DNA of 64,000 nucleotides from Opitutales bacterium (GTDB lineage Bacteria > Verrucomicrobiota > Verrucomicrobiia > Opitutales > PNEW01): contig CBDANS010000007.1 of the NCBI GenBank assembly GCA_965197745.1, positions 32,001-96,000 on the forward strand. Reading direction: 5' to 3'. Below, one piece after another: positions 9,745 through 20,304 of the stretch. The position numbers were made by a program, and so were the translations under genes. The notes under the pieces were generated by a model. It did no database searches and was not told the origin of the DNA. It worked only from the letters and a program-made list of their open reading frames with translations. Each line of letters opens with the position of its first letter. The stretch's first letter is position 1.

Positions 9745-10571
9745 CTTTTCATTTCCTCATAGAGTTTGCCGGGGGAAAGAAACCTGAACCCAAGGTCCTT
9801 AGCTCGCACTAGAAAATCCGAAATCCACTTTCCTTTTGTCTTTTGGAATACCTCCACGGTCGGGGTGTCGTGGTCGTGACTGCATACGTTCCAGATCCAC
9901 TGCTTTTTCGATACCTCATGAAGCATCGCGACAAGATAGTCCTGATAGCTATCGCCGTGGCGCCGGTCGTCGAAACGATCCCAATAGAAATCATCCTGAT
10001 AGCCCTGAATCCCAAGCTCGAGGATATCCGGGAATCCCTGATCGTCATAGAAGAAGGGTTGTTCTGTGAAAGGCGTTGGCTGACAGTCACGAAAGTCACG
10101 CGCATTCGTGCGAATCCACCGGATGCCATTGTCCTGCAGGATTTGCAGGATATCAGGCCGATCAACCAGACCTCGGTAGTAACCCCAGGGACCGGTCAGT
10201 CCGTGGCACTCGACACTCAGCACATCGCCGATCAATGTCTGGGTCCTGGTGATTTCTTCACGGATTTCGCCTTAGCTGCCGCCTGCATTGAAAAAGTTCG
10301 GGTATGATCCATGTACCGGTTTGCCATCATGGGGCGTCATATAGACGGATTTTAGCAGTGTGTGGCTGTAGGTGTGCTGACCAATGGTTAAGAGCGGATT
10401 GTCTACCATCTTCTGAATCTCATCACCACACTTCTCGAGGGTTTTGCCCGTGAGGTAGATCGTCCATGGTACCTCCAACTTATTGTGTAGAATCTCTGCA
10501 CCCCGGAGGAATCCTATAGTGCTGTCTGACGCGGTTTCGACGTCGTATCCGCAGATTATGCTCGCGCTCAT
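9696..10571 (-). pseudogene. Polysaccharide deacetylase (NodB-like) interrupted by one in-frame TAA at 10272-10274
   Basis: ORFs 10272-10571 (GYDVE, IGQHTYSH) and 9696-10235 are in the same frame, joined by GGS*GEIREEITRTQTL. Confidence 0.8.
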
Positions 10572-10590
10572 AATTAGTGCCCCCTTGTAG

Positions 10591-11766
10591 TTACATTCTG
10601 GCTAGCTGTCTGTTAATCTTTTCGATTCCCTTATCAATACGCTGCTTGCTCCAACCATAGGGAGTAGGGCACAAAACCGTCTTTTTCAGGTACTTGTCTG
10701 TCTGCCTTAGCGGTTGCCGGTAGTTGGTCTTGATTTTCTTGTTCCTGGGGTGCCTGAAGCAATCCCAATCCGGATGGTGCCCCCCGACCTTGCTCTTAAC
10801 CACATCCCAGGCTGAATACACATGGCGACCTGAGTTGATGGGGCGGTGCACGCCAGGGACTAGATGCTTTACCATTATTGCTTCAAGTTTCTCGGCGGCT
10901 TTAATATTCTCTGCCTGGATTAGAAAGCACACACCACAGTTGCCGTTTTCATCATTGCTAATTACGAACTTGAAACCAACCGGTAAATTAATCCCTGCGA
11001 GGAACATCGATCGTGTTTTCCGAAGAGTCGTCAGTATCCTGTCCAACCGTTTGACCTGCTCTCTCATAATGACGGCGTTGAGATCATTGAATCTAAAGTT
11101 GCCCCCGCAAAAATAGCTTTCGTGCATCTTGCCTTTTTCCGGCCAGACACTACAGGCCCCGTCCTGCGCCATGTATGCTTTTTCACCGTATTTCCTGTTT
11201 GAGGTGGCGCATGCACCCCCTTCGCCGCAAGAAATAATCTTAAACTGATTGAAGCTGAAAGCGCCCATGTCGCCGATTGCCCCGAGTCGCTTCTTACCAT
11301 AACTACCACCGATGGCCTGGCAGCAATCCTCGAGAATGAGAATATTCTTTCCTTTTGCTATCTTTCGTATTGCCCGCATGTTGCACGGCATGCCCTGCAT
11401 GTGCACAGGAATTACGCAGGCAGTATGCTTTTCTATTTTCCGCTCCATATCGACGGGGCACAGCGTAAGGGTTTCGTCAACTTCCGTATATATGGGGATT
11501 GCACCCACAGCTGTCACGGCCAAGGCCGTGGAAATAAAGGTGTATCCTGGAACCAGAACAGAGTCTCCAGGGCCGATTCCCATTGCTTTCAAACTGATTA
11601 TGAGCGCGGCAGTTCCGGATGTAACTGCAATTGCCGACTTAACGCCGATCAGTTCTGCCCATTCTTTTTCGAACTTGACCGTTTCCGTGCCCAGGTATCG
11701 AAAGTACGTCCTCTTTTCGAGCGCACGTTTTACCGCATTCAATTCCTTTGTTCCAAGCTCGTACAA
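10591..11766 (-). CDS. DegT/DnrJ/EryC1/StrS PLP-dependent aminotransferase
   Basis: SGTAAL, EDCCQAIG, FSFNQFKIISCGEGG (PLP lysine). Confidence 0.93.
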   Translation of the reverse strand: MYELGTKELNAVKRALEKRTYFRYLGTETVKFEKEWAELIGVKSAIAVTSGTAALIISLKAMGIGPGDSVLVPGYTFISTALAVTAVGAIPIYTEVDETLTLCPVDMERKIEKHTACVIPVHMQGMPCNMRAIRKIAKGKNILILEDCCQAIGGSYGKKRLGAIGDMGAFSFNQFKIISCGEGGACATSNRKYGEKAYMAQDGACSVWPEKGKMHESYFCGGNFRFNDLNAVIMREQVKRLDRILTTLRKTRSMFLAGINLPVGFKFVISNDENGNCGVCFLIQAENIKAAEKLEAIMVKHLVPGVHRPINSGRHVYSAWDVVKSKVGGHHPDWDCFRHPRNKKIKTNYRQPLRQTDKYLKKTVLCPTPYGWSKQRIDKGIEKINRQLARM

Positions 11767-11790
11767 TGGTGATACCTCCTGTTAAGACCC

Positions 11791-11806
11791 AACAAGTGAT
11801 CCTAAA
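11791..11806 (-). other. attI-like element, family 1 (core only, cut by REPIN-like element)
   Basis: Minus strand TTTAGGATCACTT^GTTGGGT; GTTGGG complements R'' TCCCAAC of attC 9688-9744. Confidence 0.65.
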
Positions 11807-11817
11807 AAGATCAAAAA

Positions 11818-11961
11818 GAGTCGGGCTGTGTATTTGTAGATTGTTTTTCAATAAATAGTCAAAGTGAAGTAATAAAAAATAGTTATTTGAATTAGTTAAT
11901 TCTTAATATTTACAGGCTGTATTATTCTATTATGTAAATCTATAAATACACAGCTTGACCC
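11818..11961. repeat. REPIN/MITE-like element with 25-bp terminal inverted repeats
   Basis: GAGTCGGGCTGTGTATTTGTAGATT ... AATCTATAAATACACAGCTTGACCC (21/25 match), AT-rich interior; related arms at 21176-21201 and 62564-62589. Confidence 0.7.
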
Positions 11962-12056
11962 CATTTTCACTGACCCCTTCCACTCTCAGTCGGTACGGAT
12001 TGCGGAATGAACCTTACGGTTATTAAATATAATCCCCATCTTAGTAATCACACTCT

Positions 12057-12097
12057 TGTCATTGCGAAGGAGGTGAAGCCGACTGCGGCAATCCAGG
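12057..12097 (+). repeat. GTCATTGCGA...GCAATC palindromic (REP/RPE-type) element
   Basis: TGTCATTGCGAAGGAGGTGAAGCCGACTGCGGCAATCCA resembles a widespread palindromic repeat class. Confidence 0.5.
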
Positions 12098-12260
12098 TAA
12101 ATAGTCATTGTGTCTACGAATAGCAATCTCCGCGCAAGTCTTTCCAATGCGGGTTCGTCTCTTCAATTTAAGGTAATCGACCAGTTGAGAGTTAATCCTA
12201 ACATCCCGGGAAATACATGACGCAACAGACTTTCCCCTGGAATGGAAGATGTCGCTGCGC

Positions 12261-13859
12261 TTAAGCATATTGCACGAGAATCTCGACATGATCCAACTGC
12301 GGAGTCACGCAAATCGTCGGGTTGAGGCATTCCACGTCGATCTTCAATTCATTCTGGCCGAGCCTCAAGACATCGAGCAGTATGGGATAAGTCATGCGGG
12401 TAATATTATCCATGATAAACTGCGCCCGAGTGCTCCGCGCTTCTCCCGGCAATAGCCTTCCGTTAACTGAGACCTTATACTCATCCAGCTGCGTAAAGTT
12501 GTCTACCTGCAAGTGCAAGGTGACTCTCGGTGACAGCGCCTGTTGCCGCGCCGCTTCCAGATCATCGGCAATCCCGAACGGAATGACGTGTGACCCAACC
12601 GACAGCTCTACAGGGAGCACGATCGCGTCGATACCGCGGTAGATCCTGTGATTTTGTCCTGTTTCAGCGCCCTGGTTTGGGGCGCGCGGATGTGAATCGA
12701 GATCGTAATCACAGTTGAGAAAAGCAAGCACGCCCGGATCGTGGATCTCGTGCAGCACACTGTAATACTCCGGGTGCAGATCGTCATACCAGACCGTCCC
12801 TGTTCGCTCGGATTGCGGTGGCGTATCTTTTCCGTGTCCGTAGAGCAAGTGCCCGTAGTTGAACAGTTGCAACCCATGTGCTCCCCGGTGGTACATCAAC
12901 TTGGCCCAGGCGCGGGTTACTTCCGTCCTTTTCCAGTGATTTGAGCACGGGAAAATCCAGCAGTCATGCCCTTCAACCAGTTCCAACCACGGGTCGAGGT
13001 CCATATAGAATAACATGTATCCGGCGCCTGGCGCAATGACGTCAACCAATCCCTCTTTCACCCAGGTATGAACGTCCAGTCCTCGTTGCCAGCACGTGTC
13101 GATATCCGCCACCACCCGCACATGCAGGTACATGGGCCGACCACGTTCGCGGCTCATACGGTCGAGAATCTCGCGCGTCTGCCGTATTATGTCCGTAATA
13201 AGCGCAGCGTTTTTCGCTTTGCCGAACTCTTTGAAGTAGCGAGGATCTCGATCGAAATCAAGCGCGACGCCGTCGTTGTCCCATCTGGTGATGAACTCCT
13301 CGATGATGGCCATTTTGTGGTCGCGTACCTCTTTGTGTGCAAAATCAAACATTCCCCAATTGGTGGAGTCCATACTCTCGGGATTGGGGTGCGCTCGCCA
13401 CCAAGTCCCCCAAGGCGGCTGCCAATCCGGCCCAGTGTAACCCAAAAGCAGGTGCAGGTTGTTCATCTTGAACCGGCTGACTTCGTACTTGTAAATCTGG
13501 TCGTGTGCATCATTCATTCGAACGATCGGAATCACCTTTAAGCCCATGCGGTGCCCGTACTCACACGCCAGCTGCGGCGGGTTCGCGTTCGCCTCGATCA
13601 GCTTCTTGGTGTTCTCGCGATAGCGCCAAACCCAGGCGTCCTCGAATTGCTCGAACGCATCGCCCATAATTTCGCCGCTCTCCAGACCGCAGCAGTAAGC
13701 GTCCGACGAGCAGAGGTTGTAGAGCAGGCAGTCCACCTGTGTCTCCTCCAGCGGCCGTATGCATTCGCCCAGCCATTGCTCTGGCGTCAGCGGGTAATCC
13801 ACGCACGCAATATCGTTCCATTCAGCCTCCCATATCAGTCGAAACGGTTGATCCATCAT
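12261..13859 (-). CDS. Glycoside hydrolase-like protein (GHL10-like TIM barrel)
   Basis: IVRMNDAH, FDFAHKEVR, DGVALDFDR, GLDVHTWVKEGLVD motifs. Confidence 0.7.
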   Translation of the reverse strand: MMDQPFRLIWEAEWNDIACVDYPLTPEQWLGECIRPLEETQVDCLLYNLCSSDAYCCGLESGEIMGDAFEQFEDAWVWRYRENTKKLIEANANPPQLACEYGHRMGLKVIPIVRMNDAHDQIYKYEVSRFKMNNLHLLLGYTGPDWQPPWGTWWRAHPNPESMDSTNWGMFDFAHKEVRDHKMAIIEEFITRWDNDGVALDFDRDPRYFKEFGKAKNAALITDIIRQTREILDRMSRERGRPMYLHVRVVADIDTCWQRGLDVHTWVKEGLVDVIAPGAGYMLFYMDLDPWLELVEGHDCWIFPCSNHWKRTEVTRAWAKLMYHRGAHGLQLFNYGHLLYGHGKDTPPQSERTGTVWYDDLHPEYYSVLHEIHDPGVLAFLNCDYDLDSHPRAPNQGAETGQNHRIYRGIDAIVLPVELSVGSHVIPFGIADDLEAARQQALSPRVTLHLQVDNFTQLDEYKVSVNGRLLPGEARSTRAQFIMDNITRMTYPILLDVLRLGQNELKIDVECLNPTICVTPQLDHVEILVQYA

Positions 13860-14039
13860 ACCTTGCCTTTCTCTACTTATCCATCGTTAATTTGCCAACA
13901 AGCTTATTAGCATTTCTTTATATTTTCTAATATATTCAAGTAAATTTTCCCAACTTCAATAATTTGGTTTAAGACAATCATTTCTATTGTTTCGAGCCCA
14001 ATTTTGCGTTATAAAATAATTCAACTCCTCAGAAAAGGC

Positions 14040-14879
14040 ATGCTTACCGAACAGCAGATCCAACATTTTGAAACCTTCGGTTTTATTGTCCGTCGTCAAG
14101 TGTTTAGCGTTGAGGAAATTGCCAGGTACAATGAAGAGTTCGATAATCATCTCTCCACCTTAAAAGATGGGTTTGAAAAAATAAAAAATAGCCGTTCCCG
14201 TAAATGGCCTAATTGGTCTAACCTTATTCCGGAGACACCCTGTCTGGCAGGTATGTTGGAAGACTCACGCATTTGTGTGCCCACTGAGCAATTACAAGGA
14301 GAAGATACAGTTCCCGTGCGATCCAATGCCAACAGCTTTAGACATAACACTGACTGGCATCCGGATTCGAGGCAGCGGCATTTGCGCATGCTTAAAAATC
14401 TTGTTTATCTGCAACCCACGACCGGTGACCGTGGATCATTGCGTCTTATCCCGGGCTCTCATGTAAGTCCTTTGTTCGATGAGCTGATTCGTATCGGTCT
14501 GAATAAATCTGAAGGTAATGAATCGAAGTATCTCAAAGAATCCGGGATGAGCGGCGAAGACATTCCCTGTTATATATTCACTTCGCAGCCGGGTGACGTT
14601 ATCACTTTTAATATGAATGTATGGCACGCGGCTTTTGGTGGTTATGAAGATCGCAGGAATTGTTCCCTTGCTTTTTACAGCAATCCCAGGACTGCTCAAG
14701 AAGAAGAGGATCTACGTGCTCAGGTGGATAATGCCAAAAATATCAGTCCTAATATGGATTTGCAGGATGCGCAATACTATCATCCCTGGTGGCTATCCAA
14801 CCCAGAAGGCAGCGCCAGGCGAGCACGCTGGATAGAATGGCTGGATCAATGGGGCTTTATCGAAGCGATGAGTAATTAA
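14040..14879 (+). CDS. Phytanoyl-CoA dioxygenase (PhyH) family protein
   Basis: MLTEQQIQHFETFGF, WHPD, GSLRLIPGSH, WH motifs. Confidence 0.88.
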   Translation: MLTEQQIQHFETFGFIVRRQVFSVEEIARYNEEFDNHLSTLKDGFEKIKNSRSRKWPNWSNLIPETPCLAGMLEDSRICVPTEQLQGEDTVPVRSNANSFRHNTDWHPDSRQRHLRMLKNLVYLQPTTGDRGSLRLIPGSHVSPLFDELIRIGLNKSEGNESKYLKESGMSGEDIPCYIFTSQPGDVITFNMNVWHAAFGGYEDRRNCSLAFYSNPRTAQEEEDLRAQVDNAKNISPNMDLQDAQYYHPWWLSNPEGSARRARWIEWLDQWGFIEAMSN

Positions 14880-14908
14880 TAATAATATTTAAGACTACAC
14901 TCTGACCC

Positions 14909-16481
14909 GAATGGCGTTAAGATAAGGGTGGTTTAGGATGATAAAAGCCTTTGTTTTTTCGTGAAGCAGAGATGGTCATCATGGCTCGTGGATGAGTCAA
15001 TCGTTGGAAAGGTATAGGTCTACGTTTGAGGACTCTTGGTTCGTATCGGAAGGGACGTAGGGGGACCGATTCGAGGGCAATGAGGTGTATCATCTCGTCA
15101 ATGACAGATCGTTGGGCTCTGGGATTAAACCGGGTGGCCGCGAGCGCACTTTGATATTGGCGGAGGGTGTCAACAGCCCCCTTGAAGCTTAGCCGGGAGA
15201 GGTCGCGGTGGAAGGCACTGGCAGCTTGCTGCAAAAGAGCGCGGATGAGAGATTGTAGGCGATGGCAAACATCGCAATCTCTTTGCGCACGAGAGCGACC
15301 GAGCGAGAGCGCAGGATCTCCATCCCCATGGTGGTTTTGATGTGGCGAAAGTAAAGCTCCACTGCCCAGCGCCGATAGTATAATTCTCCGAGATCGTGGT
15401 GGGAGTATTGGTGAGGATCGCTCAAGGTAGTCACGAGGTCTACGCTATGGGCGCGGAAACCCTTGATGAAAATGAAAATCTTCACCAGCCGTACGGGGAT
15501 CTCATCAGGGATTTGCCGCCACTGCTCGCGACTGAAGCCGAAGACATTTTGCGGCTTCTTCCACATGATCAGCCGGTCATACCTACCCAAGGACCTGCCC
15601 TGACGAAAGTCGCTTCTTCGTTGCTGATGCAAACGCATGACCGCTTCAGCACCGCGGCCTTTAAGCAGGGCAATATTGAGGTAAGAGCAAAATCCCCGGT
15701 CGGCAAGGACCACATCACCCTTTTGAAAAAATCCGATCATGCCCCGCAACAGCACACTGTCATGATGCCTTAGTGAGGACTCCATCCAGTGTAAAAGCGC
15801 CCCACTGGCTAAAGAAAAACAGCCCACCAGCTTCATCACCGGAAAGCCGCAGCCGCTTCGTTGCTGCGAAGGCTGTGGGTAACACCTCTGCAAGCACGGC
15901 GTATCGGCGGTGGCGATACCCGTGCCGTCGACCACTTTTACCTCGTGACCTTTCCACCGTTGATCGTCGGTCACTCTCCCGGCCACCTCTTCACTGATCG
16001 CTTCATGGATCCCGTGCAGGTCTTGCACCAACAGCCGTTGCCTCGCCTGACAGTAGGCCGAGGCCGTTCCTTTAGCCAACTTCAGCCCCTTCATGCTGCA
16101 ATAGCTCTGGAGCTTGCGCACCACTTCCCGGCAGGCAGTCCGTGGTGAGAGCACTTGGAACAAAAATGCCCAGAAGGTCACGTTTTGGCTGAACAATCTC
16201 CGCCGGCTGTTAGCCCCTCGAGGCTTCCGGTGTAAATACTTTTGCGGCACCCACTGCCCGAAGATATCCGATAGCTCGGAAAGACTTGACCGCCGTATTT
16301 CTACCAGCTTACCCTCCATCTGTGCAAGGGCTGTTCGGGGAGCACGACCGAACAGGACCTGATTAAATCCTGGAAAATAACGAGTTAAGTTTTGTTTTTG
16401 CATGCTCGTTAGGGTAGCTCTCCAACGGTCCCTGTACAAGCATCTATTGCACTCATTCTATCCCTTATCTTAACGCCATTC
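14909..16481 (-). mobile_element. IS4-family insertion sequence, copy 2, with 11-bp target duplication CACTCTGACCC
   Basis: Same TIRs as copy 1; direct repeat at 14898-14908 and 16482-16492; at least 3 SNPs versus copy 1. Confidence 0.93.
14917..16403 (-). pseudogene. IS4-family transposase with the same C-terminal frameshift as copy 1
   Basis: ORFs 15189-16439 and 14917-15234. Confidence 0.85.
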
Positions 16482-16502
16482 CACTCTGACCCCTTTTATG
16501 AT

Positions 16503-17057
16503 TCAGCGGTGATCAAGTATCCAGTCGACCGCGGTGGAGACATCTTCAGCAATATGATCCGCATTGATTTCTGCCCATAAATGGCGATACTTACCTAACG
16601 ATCTATTTCCGACGCCAGTCTTGACGAGAACTGCGCGGCTTCCAATGTGGCGAGCGAGATGCATGTCACTTGACCCGTTGTCACCTACCACACACGACGT
16701 GCCAATATCGATGGGGAAATCTTTGAGAGCGCGATCGATAAGGCCTCGTTCGGGCTTTCGGCATTGGCACTGATCACGTCGGGTATGTGGGCAGCAATAC
16801 ACGCGGTCCCATCGAGCTCCAAGACGGGCGAGCTCTGCTGTCAGCGTGGCGACACGTTCATCAAAAGCCTCTTGCGTAATTACCCTCTTGCCGATTCGAC
16901 TTTGATTGGTAACCACGATTGTTAAAATACCTGCTTCGTTGAGACGTTGGAGCGCTGCTGGGGCGTAGGGAAAAAACTCAAATGACGTGATGTCGCCAAG
17001 ACCATCACCTTCAAGTGTGCCCTGCAAATCGAAAAAGATGGCTGACACTTGGGTCAC
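16503..17057 (-). CDS. HAD-IIIA hydrolase (GmhB/histidinol-phosphatase-like)
   Basis: FFDLQGTL, VVTNQS, CPH...C.CRKP, VGD motifs. Confidence 0.85.
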   Translation of the reverse strand: MTQVSAIFFDLQGTLEGDGLGDITSFEFFPYAPAALQRLNEAGILTIVVTNQSRIGKRVITQEAFDERVATLTAELARLGARWDRVYCCPHTRRDQCQCRKPERGLIDRALKDFPIDIGTSCVVGDNGSSDMHLARHIGSRAVLVKTGVGNRSLGKYRHLWAEINADHIAEDVSTAVDWILDHR

Positions 17058-17062
17058 TGTGC

Positions 17063-17119
17063 AGCTAATGTTTAAGGGGAGGCACAACTTCAGGTGTTGT
17101 CTCCTTCGACTGGTTCAGC
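17063..17119 (-). other. attC site with R' ATTAGCT
   Basis: GCTGAAC CAGTCGAAGGAGACAAC...GTTGTGCCTCCCCTTAAAC ATTAGCT; R'' complements cassette start GTTCGGC. Confidence 0.7.
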
Positions 17120-17626
17120 CATTGCATCGATAACCATGTCAATTAGTTCTGGCAGGGAGCGTTCTCCATCGAGCTTGAGAATGGGACATGTGAGGCCCTC
17201 CAACCACTTCTCGTTCAAAACGCGACTTCGCATATCCATCCCCCCGGTATCGTATTGGGAAGCCCAATTAATGAACTCGCTATCCACAAATCCGACTTCT
17301 GCCTGTTCACGCTCCTTTAGTCTAGCGATTCTCACCTCCGTTCGAACAGATAAATAAACAACAGCATCAAAGGACTGCTCAAGCGGGGGATCCCATCTAC
17401 AGATCGATCCAGAGAGGATGTGTGATTTGTTTTGCTGTAGCTCGTTGAGGATGAGAGCAAGCCGCTCCCTGGGACTCCTTTTCTCTTGGTATGGCGGTGA
17501 TGTTGTTTTCCAGAAGAAATCATCGCTATCGAAGAACGGAACCCCGAGACGCGCTGCTAAGGCGCGTCCCAGAGAAGTGGTCCCGCTGCCCGAAGCCCCG
17601 GTTATGTGAATCTTTTGCCACATCAT
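17090..17626 (-). CDS. P-loop kinase (adenylate kinase-like)
   Basis: GASGSGTTS Walker A variant, DSDDFFW. Confidence 0.85.
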   Translation of the reverse strand: MMWQKIHITGASGSGTTSLGRALAARLGVPFFDSDDFFWKTTSPPYQEKRSPRERLALILNELQQNKSHILSGSICRWDPPLEQSFDAVVYLSVRTEVRIARLKEREQAEVGFVDSEFINWASQYDTGGMDMRSRVLNEKWLEGLTCPILKLDGERSLPELIDMVIDAMAEPVEGDNT

Positions 17627-17631
17627 TTCCT

Positions 17632-17716
17632 GCCGAACGTTAAAAATGAATGGTTTCCTGACCAGAGTGACGAAGGAGCAACGGGAAGGGAATCCATCTC
17701 CATTTGCTTGTTAAAT
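17632..17716 (-). other. attC site (85 bp)
   Basis: ATTTAAC AAGC AAATGGAGATGG...CCATTCATTT TTAAC GTTCGGC. Confidence 0.88.
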
Positions 17717-17720
17717 ATTT

Positions 17721-18428
17721 TTATTCGATTAATTCAACAATACTCTTAATGATTCGATTGGGAACAATTTTTGAGGATAATGGAAGTCCTTTGTCTTTAT
17801 AGTCATTCCAGATACTATAAATTCCTAATTGTTGAGGTCCCCAGACATCCCATTCGAGATTATCTCCCACTGCCCAAACCCTCTCAGGTGCTAATTTTAA
17901 GGCATTCAACGCATCATAATAAACTTGTTGTTTAGGCTTACCATAGCCCAATTCTCCCTCGATTAAAATAACATCAAAAATTTGTTCTAGGCCAAATCTG
18001 TTAATTTTAGCTCTTTGTGTTTCAGCTTCTCCATTGGTCAAGAGAGCCAGGGAAACCTTCTTGTTTCTCAAATGCTTTAAGGTATCCTTAGCTCTCGGAA
18101 ACAAGTGAATTAATTCTGTTCTTCTTGTTGAATATGCATTCGCTATTTTATCAGTTAGATCGAGGTTGGTTATCCCTAATTCTTTCAATGCCAAGTGGAC
18201 AATTTCATTTCTTGTTTTATCTAGATTGTTGCGTCCCCTTTTATGTCGTTCTCGATCAGACCAATACCACTGCCGAATTTTTGAAATGGATTGAAATAAG
18301 TCATTTGAATCAGATAATCCACAATTCTGATAATATTTTTCACAAACCTGAGACCATGCTGCATCAGCAACTAGATCAAATGAGATGATCGTGTCATCTA
18401 AATCAAATAGGATACCCTTCGGTAGCAA
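17721..18428 (-). CDS. HAD-superfamily hydrolase (subfamily IA)
   Basis: LFDLDDT, LTNG, GKP, VGDNLEWD. Confidence 0.9.
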   Translation of the reverse strand: MLPKGILFDLDDTIISFDLVADAAWSQVCEKYYQNCGLSDSNDLFQSISKIRQWYWSDRERHKRGRNNLDKTRNEIVHLALKELGITNLDLTDKIANAYSTRRTELIHLFPRAKDTLKHLRNKKVSLALLTNGEAETQRAKINRFGLEQIFDVILIEGELGYGKPKQQVYYDALNALKLAPERVWAVGDNLEWDVWGPQQLGIYSIWNDYKDKGLPLSSKIVPNRIIKSIVELIE

Positions 18429-18449
18429 TTGAGTTTTCTATGAAAATTT

Positions 18450-18504
18450 AACAAGTGATCCTAAAGTTCTGTATATTCGTGTAGGGGGATAATGTTGTCA
18501 ATGC
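18450..18504 (-). other. attI-like element, family 1 (full-length)
   Basis: GCATTGACAACATTATCCCCCTACACGAATATACAGAACTTTAGGATCACTT^GTTAAAT; GTTAAAT is the exact complement of R'' ATTTAAC at 17710-17716. Confidence 0.78.
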
Positions 18505-18549
18505 GGGGATAATGCCCCCATCCGACTTCAATATAATTCTACCTAAGGA

Positions 18550-19122
18550 TTAAGAGGGGTTGCCTCCCTTGATTGGTTTTTCCTTGGATCTCTTGATTGC
18601 GTCGATTATCAACGAGGCAAAGCCAAATTTCCCGTACCTATTTCGGTGGTCAAGTTTCGATGAACGGTAAACTGGGGCTTCGTCTACGTTCCATTCGTTT
18701 AAATGAAATCTACCTTTTTCATCGTGATACTCAAGAAGCCTGACTTCAAATTCAGCCGCCTCAAATACCTTTACTAACTCTCTATATCCGTAGACTACCT
18801 TGTGGTTCGCTGCCGGATGGTCCCTAGGACCTGGGCCACCTACTTGCACCCATCTTTGGTATTCTTCATCTGGGAAGTGCCTATCAGGTACGGCGACGCG
18901 GATGAATCCTCCCGGTTTCAAATAGGCGAATATAGTCTTCGCGGCTTTTGCTCCTTCCTCAACGGTCAAATGCTCGAACACATGTTCGCAAAGCAAGGCG
19001 TCCGCTCGTTTTTTACCGAAGAACCTTTCCCAAGAGCTGGGATCCAGTAGATTCAGCTGATCTCCCTGGGTGGCCACCCATCCATCCCATTCCTGCATTC
19101 CAGCGCCAATGATGACTTTCAT
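18550..19122 (-). CDS. Predicted SAM-dependent methyltransferase (type 11-like)
   Basis: IIGAG, EHVFEHL, LKPGGFIRVAVPD. Confidence 0.82.
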   Translation of the reverse strand: MKVIIGAGMQEWDGWVATQGDQLNLLDPSSWERFFGKKRADALLCEHVFEHLTVEEGAKAAKTIFAYLKPGGFIRVAVPDRHFPDEEYQRWVQVGGPGPRDHPAANHKVVYGYRELVKVFEAAEFEVRLLEYHDEKGRFHLNEWNVDEAPVYRSSKLDHRNRYGKFGFASLIIDAIKRSKEKPIKGGNPS

Positions 19123-19123
19123 T

Positions 19124-19150
19124 GTATAACGACTAAACTAAGGTGCTAGT
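19124..19150 (-). other. attC right-arm remnant
   Basis: CCTTAGTTTAGTC GTTATAC immediately before the ATG of the next gene; left arm absent. Confidence 0.5.
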
Positions 19151-20259
19151 CGACGTTGCCTGTACTGTCTTGTTCGCCCCTGTTTTTTCGATACATGACA
19201 TTTGATTGGTTTTCAGCCAGCAAAAGCTTTCTACAATCTTTGTCCTTCAGATAAATGTCGAAAAATTCGACAATCACCGCTCCCAATCTTTCCACGCGTT
19301 CCTTCGGGCGAAATGAAATTAACGATTTGGCCTCTTTAGCGCCACTGTTCATAGGGAAGATAGTTGGCAGTCGAAAAATTGTTATGGTCCCAACCTTCGA
19401 AAATCACGAAATTGAATTCCCCATTAAAGTCTTTGGCATCGTCAGCGAACAGTTGAGCGATTCCATCCAAATTTGGTCTGCCTCTAATTCTCAGCATCGG
19501 GGAAAAGCTACTTCTGAGTTTTCTCTGTGTGCTTTCCGGTCATCGGTTAATACCCGATGTTCCGTCATTCGTCATATAGGCATAGAGAAATCCGTCGATA
19601 TTTACGGCTGCTTTAATTCTTTCATCCTCGGCGTCGAGTAATGTGGAGACATAGCCACCGCGAGAATGCCCAAATATGCCGATAGTATCTAGATTGACGG
19701 CATTGGCCAGCGCCTCGGGGGAATTGCTTCCGAAAATGAAATCGAGGACTTTCTGAGCATCAACAACCCGATCTTCAGTCATTTTAATGAAATCGTCAAC
19801 ATCTGCGATTTCTATGCAAAGGTGACCGTTGGGGTATGTGATCAGGATTCCTTCATGAGGATGGTCTATTGAAACAATGACATAACCCGATAATACAATC
19901 TGCCTGAGAACCGGAAGGTTTGAAAAGCGATTTCCATTTCCGGAAGGCGAGTACAAAAGCAGCGGATAGGGATTTTGCCCTGAAAGCAGTTCGGCGTTCT
20001 CATAGCACCCGGTTGCGATCTTCATTGAGTCTTCAATGATTCGCCCCTTATCCCCTTCGGATAGAAGCGTGCCATTCAGGATACAGTCAAGTGCTGGTTT
20101 TATGGAAGGCCTGAAGAGGTCAATGTACATCATCTCACGCGAGACCGCATCTCGTGAAGCCGGATAAAAGATCGAAATCGGTATCGTTCTTGAAGGATAC
20201 GAAGCAACAGAACTTCGGTTGCCATCTTCGATAAAGCAGTGTTCAACGCCTACATCCAT
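19146..20259 (-). pseudogene. Alpha/beta hydrolase (PAF-acetylhydrolase-like), disrupted
   Basis: GHSRGG nucleophile motif; in-frame TGA at 19540-19542 followed by ...GWDHNNFS; C-terminal VEFFDIYLK in another frame (19146-19352). Confidence 0.75.
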
Positions 20260-20304
20260 CTGATTGTATGCTTCTCATGTCGTGGGAATCTCATTTTCTG
20301 GTGA

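Noticed and set aside
994..16481. Composite transposon formed by the two IS4 copies
   Set aside because: Copy 2 has its own 11-bp target duplication and the outer flanks are not direct repeats, so the copies are independent insertions.
18469..18484. LexA box (CTGTATATTCGTGTAG) in the family-1 element
   Set aside because: The right half-site lacks ACAG in every copy, so it cannot be supported.
10272..19542. Stop-codon recoding (TAA at 10272, TGA at 19540)
   Set aside because: The two codons differ, TGA and TAA terminate many normal genes here, and the hydrolase also has a frameshift; simple pseudogenisation is more likely.
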